A DNA stretch of 64,000 nucleotides from Alphaproteobacteria bacterium. GTDB taxonomy: Bacteria > Pseudomonadota > Alphaproteobacteria > SP197. The DNA lies in NCBI GenBank assembly GCA_964291415.2, contig OZ219918.1, positions 960,001-1,024,000 of the forward strand. Direction: 5' to 3'. The notes below the pieces were generated by a model, which worked only from the letters and a program-made list of their open reading frames with translations, ran no database searches and had not been told where the DNA came from. Of this stretch, positions 59,501 through 64,000 are shown in pieces (within the stretch, counting starts at the first letter, position 1; each line of letters opens with the position of its first letter). A program made the position numbers and the translations under genes.

Positions 59501-60382
59501 GTGTTCTTGAAACAGCGTACCATAGCGACGCCGGCGACCTGGACGGGTATCGGTGTACACCTCGGCCGGAATGTGACCATGACCGCCCTGCCGGCATCGG
59601 TGGATCAGGGTGTGCGCTTCGTGCGTACCGATCTCATGAACGGCGCCCGCGACTTCCCCGTGCGTCACGACCGGGTCGTCAGCACGGACCACTCCACGAC
59701 ATTGGGCAATGGCAGCGGCGCGACACTGTCGACAGTCGAACATTTCATGGCGGCCCTTGCCTTCACCGGCATAGACAACCTTACGGTGGAGATCCATGGT
59801 GCCGAAGTGCCGCTCATGGATGGCAGTTCGCTGGAGTTCGTCAGGGGCATCGAGGTCGCGGGCGTTCATGAGCAGGACGCGCCGCGCAGCTACATCCGCG
59901 TCCTCAAGGAAGTCGAGGTGCGCCGTTGCGGCGGTTGGGCGCGTCTTGCGCCCCTGGATGGCCGGACCGTCTCGTGCGCCATTGACTTTCCCGACCCGGC
60001 CATCGGCTACCAGGAGGCCGCCATCACACTTGACGGCAACAGTGCGCGTTCACCGGTGGTGGCTGCCCGCACCTTTGCCACCTTGGATGACATCAGGCAG
60101 CTGAGGGAGCGGGGCCTCGCCCGGCTCGAGGCGGATGATGTCGGGGATCTCGAGTGTGTCATCGTCGTCGACGGCGACCGCGTTCTCAACCGGGGCGGCC
60201 TGCGTTCAGCCACCGAGTGCGCCGAGCACAAGGTTCTCGACGCGGTTGGCGACATGGCCCTGGCGTCGGCGCCCATTCTTGGCGCCTTCGAAGGTTATCG
60301 CTCGGGCCATGCTCTCAATGTGAAGCTTCTTACGGCGCTGTTCGCGGACCGGGCGGCCTGGGAAAGAACCCTCGGTCGCTGA
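59501..60382 (+). CDS. lpxC: UDP-3-O-acyl-N-acetylglucosamine deacetylase
   Basis: KQRTI, GIGVH, TVEH, MDGS, ARTF, HKVLDAVGD, SGH. Confidence 0.9.
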   Translation: MFLKQRTIATPATWTGIGVHLGRNVTMTALPASVDQGVRFVRTDLMNGARDFPVRHDRVVSTDHSTTLGNGSGATLSTVEHFMAALAFTGIDNLTVEIHGAEVPLMDGSSLEFVRGIEVAGVHEQDAPRSYIRVLKEVEVRRCGGWARLAPLDGRTVSCAIDFPDPAIGYQEAAITLDGNSARSPVVAARTFATLDDIRQLRERGLARLEADDVGDLECVIVVDGDRVLNRGGLRSATECAEHKVLDAVGDMALASAPILGAFEGYRSGHALNVKLLTALFADRAAWERTLGR

Positions 60383-60401
60383 TGGCGTAGGGTCGCCGGG
60401 C

Positions 60402-61295
60402 TCATTTCCCTGTGACCGCGGCAGCCATGTAGTTGACGGTGCTGTCAGGCGACAGTCGCCAGCGGTTGTCGATCACGTGAAACGCAAGACCTGTGACATC
60501 GGTCAGACGGGCGCCGGAACGGCGGCACTGGCGGACCAGTTCCACGGGTCTGACGAAACGCGAGACATCGTGGGTTCCCCGCGGCACGAGACGGGCAATG
60601 TACTCCGCCGTGATCTTCGCCAGGAGAAGTGAACGCAGCGTCCGGTTGAGGGTCGAGAAGATGATGAGTCCGCCAGGTTTCACGCATCGGACGGCAGCCG
60701 TGACAAAGGTCTCGAGGCTGGACACGTGCTCGACGATTTCCAGTGCGAGAAGGGCATCGTAGCCGGGGCGCGTGAGGGCCAGGTCCTCGAGCGTTCCCTG
60801 ACGCCAGTCGATGTCAAGGCCGGAGAGCCCGGCATGCTGGCGGGCGGCGGCAATCGCTTCACCTGACGCATCAAGGCCAGTCATCGTGGCGCCGAGGCGG
60901 GCGAGCGGCTCGGTCACGAGGCCGCCGCCACATCCGGCATCGAGGATGGCCAGCCCCTCGAGGGGGCGCGGATGGTCGCCGTCGAGACCGAAATGACGGA
61001 TGAACTGGCGACGGATGTAGGAGAGGCGTACCGGATTGAGACGATGGAGCATCGCCAGGGGTCCGTTCTCGTCCCACCACCGGTCCGCGAGTTCGGAGAA
61101 GGCGCGGATCTCCGAATCGTCGACGGTGGTGTCTCCACGGATCTGCCGAAGCAGGTCCCGATAGCCGGCTTCCGGCCACCGGTAGCGTCTGCCCCGTCCC
61201 GCCGCGAATCCCTGGCGGCGCAGCAGACGGCGGACCGCGGCCGGCGTCAGGCCGAGGTCCCGGGCGAGGTCTGCCGTGCCATACCACTCGGGCAT
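60402..61295 (-). CDS. ubiG: Ubiquinone O-methyltransferase UbiG with N-terminal HTH-like extension
   Basis: WWDENGP..LH.LNPVRL, LDAGCGGG, LEIVEHV, STLNRT, PRGTH; about 55 extra N-terminal aa. Confidence 0.9.
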   Translation of the reverse strand: MPEWYGTADLARDLGLTPAAVRRLLRRQGFAAGRGRRYRWPEAGYRDLLRQIRGDTTVDDSEIRAFSELADRWWDENGPLAMLHRLNPVRLSYIRRQFIRHFGLDGDHPRPLEGLAILDAGCGGGLVTEPLARLGATMTGLDASGEAIAAARQHAGLSGLDIDWRQGTLEDLALTRPGYDALLALEIVEHVSSLETFVTAAVRCVKPGGLIIFSTLNRTLRSLLLAKITAEYIARLVPRGTHDVSRFVRPVELVRQCRRSGARLTDVTGLAFHVIDNRWRLSPDSTVNYMAAAVTGK

Positions 61296-61390
61296 CGTCT
61301 TGCGTCCCCTGTACCTTTGCGAGTATGTAGGCGCGGCATCGCGCCGTGAAGCCCGGATCGGTCACCGCGGCGCCTTTCCCGGGCACAGCC

Positions 61391-62614
61391 ATGTCTCTCG
61401 TCGTCCAGAAATTCGGTGGCACGTCGCTTGGCGATCCGGAGAGGATTGCCCGGGCGGCCGACCATGTGAGGGCGGCTCTCGAGCGCGGCCATCGCGTTAT
61501 CGTGGTTGTCTCGGCCATGGCTGGCGAAACGGATCGGCTCGTCGCCCTGGCGAGAACTGCCGGCGGCGACACCGGAAGCGCCGAACACGATGCCATTGTC
61601 GCCAGCGGCGAGCAGGTATCGGCCGGACTTCTCGCTCTGGCGCTGCGCGGCACCGGTGTCGCTGCGCGTTCCTTTCACGGCTGGCAGGTGCCGCTGATCA
61701 CCGATTCCACCCACTCCCGGGCGCGCGTGCTCAGCATCGGGTCTGACGCGCTTTGCGCCTGCATGGAGGCAGGCGGGGTTCCCGTCGTGACAGGATTCCA
61801 GGGTGTCACGGACGACGGTCGCATCACCACCCTGGGCCGCGGCGGATCGGACCTGAGCGCGGTGACGCTTGCCGCCAGCCTTGATGCCGAACGATGCGAC
61901 ATCTTTACCGACGTGGACGGTGTCTTCACCTGTGATCCGCGCATCGTTGCCAAGGCCCACAAGCTCGATATGATCACCTACGAGGAGATGCTTGAACTCG
62001 CGTCGCAGGGTGCGAAGGTCCTGCACACCCGCTCCGTTGCCGTGGCCATGAATCATCGTGTCCGGCTGCAGGTGCTCTCCAGCTTCACCGGGGCCCCGGG
62101 AACCATGGTTGTCGACGAGGACGAGGTCGTGGAACAGCAGGTCGTCAGCGCCATAGCCTACAGCAAGGACGATGCGAAGATCACGATGATCGGTCTGCCC
62201 GATCGCCCCGGTGTCGCCGCGGCACTTTTCGGGCCGCTGAGCGAGGCGGGCATCAATGTCGACATGATCGTCCAGAACATCTCTGCCGATGGCGAAACGA
62301 CGGACCTGACCTTCACCGTCACCAAGGGCGACCTCGGAAAGGCGCTCGATGTCCTCGCCGAGTCGAACCGTGATCTCGGCGCCAGCGACATCGTTCCTGA
62401 TTCCTCCGTGGCCAAGGTCTCGGTCGTCGGCGTCGGCATGCGCAGCCATGCCGGTGTCGCCGGCAGGATGTTCGCCGCGCTGGCGGACAGGGGCATCAAC
62501 ATCCAGCTGATCTCGACGTCCGAAATCAAGATCAGCGTTCTCATCGCGGAGGACTATCTGGAACTGGCCCTGAGATCCCTGCACGCGGCCTATGGTCTTG
62601 ACGCCGCCGTTTGA
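61391..62614 (+). CDS. lysC: Aspartate kinase
   Basis: VQKFGGTS, VVSAMAG, TLGRGGSD, DVDGV, STSEIK. Confidence 0.97.
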   Translation: MSLVVQKFGGTSLGDPERIARAADHVRAALERGHRVIVVVSAMAGETDRLVALARTAGGDTGSAEHDAIVASGEQVSAGLLALALRGTGVAARSFHGWQVPLITDSTHSRARVLSIGSDALCACMEAGGVPVVTGFQGVTDDGRITTLGRGGSDLSAVTLAASLDAERCDIFTDVDGVFTCDPRIVAKAHKLDMITYEEMLELASQGAKVLHTRSVAVAMNHRVRLQVLSSFTGAPGTMVVDEDEVVEQQVVSAIAYSKDDAKITMIGLPDRPGVAAALFGPLSEAGINVDMIVQNISADGETTDLTFTVTKGDLGKALDVLAESNRDLGASDIVPDSSVAKVSVVGVGMRSHAGVAGRMFAALADRGINIQLISTSEIKISVLIAEDYLELALRSLHAAYGLDAAV

Positions 62615-63642
62615 GCCAGCCCGTGACACGCCGTAGCGGACACCAGCGCCTGGCGGAGCTCTGGGAACCGGGATGCAGGCTGCTCGGCGTCGACCGGGCG
62701 ATCATGGGCGGCGCCATGACCTGGGTCTCGGAACGCAACTTCGTCGCCGCGGTGGCGGCCGCGGGAGGGTTCGGAGTGATCGCCTGTGGCGCCATGAATC
62801 CCGATCAGCTCGATGAGGAAATCACCGGCACACGGCGGCTCACCGATCGTCCGTTCGGCGTCAACCTCATTGTCATGCATCCCGACCTCGACCGGCTGAT
62901 CGATGTCTGCATTGCCCGCGTGGTCACCCATATCGTGCTGGCTGGGGGACTTCCTCAGGCAGCCACGATCAGGCGTATCAGGGAAGCCGGGCTGCGTGTC
63001 CTGGCCTTTGCTCCGGCGCTGACCATCGCGAGGCGCCTCGTGCGGAGCGGAATCGACGGTATCGTGATCGAGGGGATGGAGGCGGGTGGACACATCGGCC
63101 CGGTGTCGACGAGCGTCCTGGCTCAGGAGACCCTGCCCCATGTCGACGGCGTCCCCGTCTTTGTTGCCGGTGGCATCGGCCGCGGCGAAGCGATTGCCAG
63201 CTACCTCAGGATGGGGGCGGCGGGTGTCCAGCTCGGCACCCGGTTTGTCTGCGCCCGCGAGTCCGTGGCGCACGACAACTTCAAGCGGGCCTTCCTGCGC
63301 GCCAGCGCCCGCGATGCGCAGCCCTCGCGGCAGCTCGATTCCCGGTTTCCGGTCATCCCGGTGCGCGCCATCGTCAACGACGGGGTGAAGAACTTCACGG
63401 AAAAGCAGCGCGAGGTGATTGCCCGCCACGATTGCGGCGAGATCGACCAGGCCGCAGCGCAGCTTGAAATTGAACACTTCTGGGCCGGCGCTCTCAGGCG
63501 TGCGGTCATTGAGGGGGATGTGAAGAATGGCTCTCTCATGGCCGGTCAGAGTGTCGGCATGGTGACGAGCGAGCAGTCAATGGCCGACATCATGGATGAA
63601 CTCGTCGAGCAGGCAGTCCGGGCGCTCACGGATCAGGGATAG
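62611..63642 (+). CDS. NAD(P)H-dependent flavin oxidoreductase (nitronate monooxygenase/FabK-like)
   Basis: GGAMTWVS, EGMEAGGHIG, VAGGI, GVQLGTRF, MAGQSVG. Confidence 0.9.
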   Translation: MSQPVTRRSGHQRLAELWEPGCRLLGVDRAIMGGAMTWVSERNFVAAVAAAGGFGVIACGAMNPDQLDEEITGTRRLTDRPFGVNLIVMHPDLDRLIDVCIARVVTHIVLAGGLPQAATIRRIREAGLRVLAFAPALTIARRLVRSGIDGIVIEGMEAGGHIGPVSTSVLAQETLPHVDGVPVFVAGGIGRGEAIASYLRMGAAGVQLGTRFVCARESVAHDNFKRAFLRASARDAQPSRQLDSRFPVIPVRAIVNDGVKNFTEKQREVIARHDCGEIDQAAAQLEIEHFWAGALRRAVIEGDVKNGSLMAGQSVGMVTSEQSMADIMDELVEQAVRALTDQG

Positions 63643-63716
63643 GTCGCGGCATTGCCGCCGTGGCCGGGGCGGTGGTAGCATCCCCGCCGGCAGGCATCAC
63701 ACTCCCTGGCTCCCCG

Positions 63717-64000
63717 ATGGCACATAACGAATTTCCCGGCGACGTCGATTCTCCTGATGCCGGGATCAGGGTGAGCCGCCGCATTGCGGACGAATTGCGG
63801 CGTACCCGAGTCGCACACGATCTCTCCATCGAGGATGTTGCGACAACACTGAGGATCAGGGTCGACTTCATCAAGGCCATGGAGGAGGATCGGTTCGACG
63901 ATCTCCCCGGTCCCGCCTACATCTCGGGATTTCTGAGAACCTACGCCAACCACCTCGGCCTGGATGGCGACCAGCTGGTGGCCTGGTTCAAGGACGACAG
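63717..64000 (+). CDS. RodZ-like XRE HTH protein (partial, runs off window)
   Basis: LRRTR...SIEDVA.TLRIR...AMEE.RFDDLPGPAY..GFLRTYANHLGLD. Confidence 0.8.
   Translation, partial: MAHNEFPGDVDSPDAGIRVSRRIADELRRTRVAHDLSIEDVATTLRIRVDFIKAMEEDRFDDLPGPAYISGFLRTYANHLGLDGDQLVAWFKDD

Overview
High-GC alphaproteobacterial chromosomal window (Rhodospirillales-like gene order; DMSP/betaine-type catabolic genes hint at a marine, possibly host-associated, organism, which is inference). The housekeeping backbone is ychF-pth-rplY-prs; pgeF-midA-lgt; ubiK-ybjN-proC-tetR-csaA; envZ/ompR/marR and ilvE; moaE-moaD-moeA-pgsA-uvrC; prx; fhs-ACT-EF-G2; amidase; rnpB; a complete dcw cluster mraZ to ftsZ-lpxC; ubiG/lysC; and the start of rodZ. 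Three accessory patches (about 1-3.6 kb, 8.6-12 kb, 23.8-29.9 kb) contain toxin-antitoxin/PIN/NYN/HEPN nuclease genes, a DUF4143 ATPase, gene debris and a DddP-like enzyme. Most notable: (i) accessory DNA or small spacers sit between degenerate duplications of gene junctions in which only the outward-facing halves stay intact; (ii) the mraZ/dcw promoter carries DnaA-like boxes, a 31-bp-spaced NrdR-like box pair and MraZ-type 10-bp repeats; (iii) UbiG has an N-terminal HTH-like extension; (iv) a solo NYN nuclease has a strong promoter and a structured 5' leader; (v) a collapsed type I R-M locus keeps only an intact MNT-HEPN pair and appears nested in a split phd-vapC; (vi) a LytTR/DUF2141/Tat carotenoid-oxygenase module has a poly-G frameshift. 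No tRNA, rRNA, CRISPR array, integrase or reverse transcriptase was seen. All family assignments are by motif recognition, not database search.
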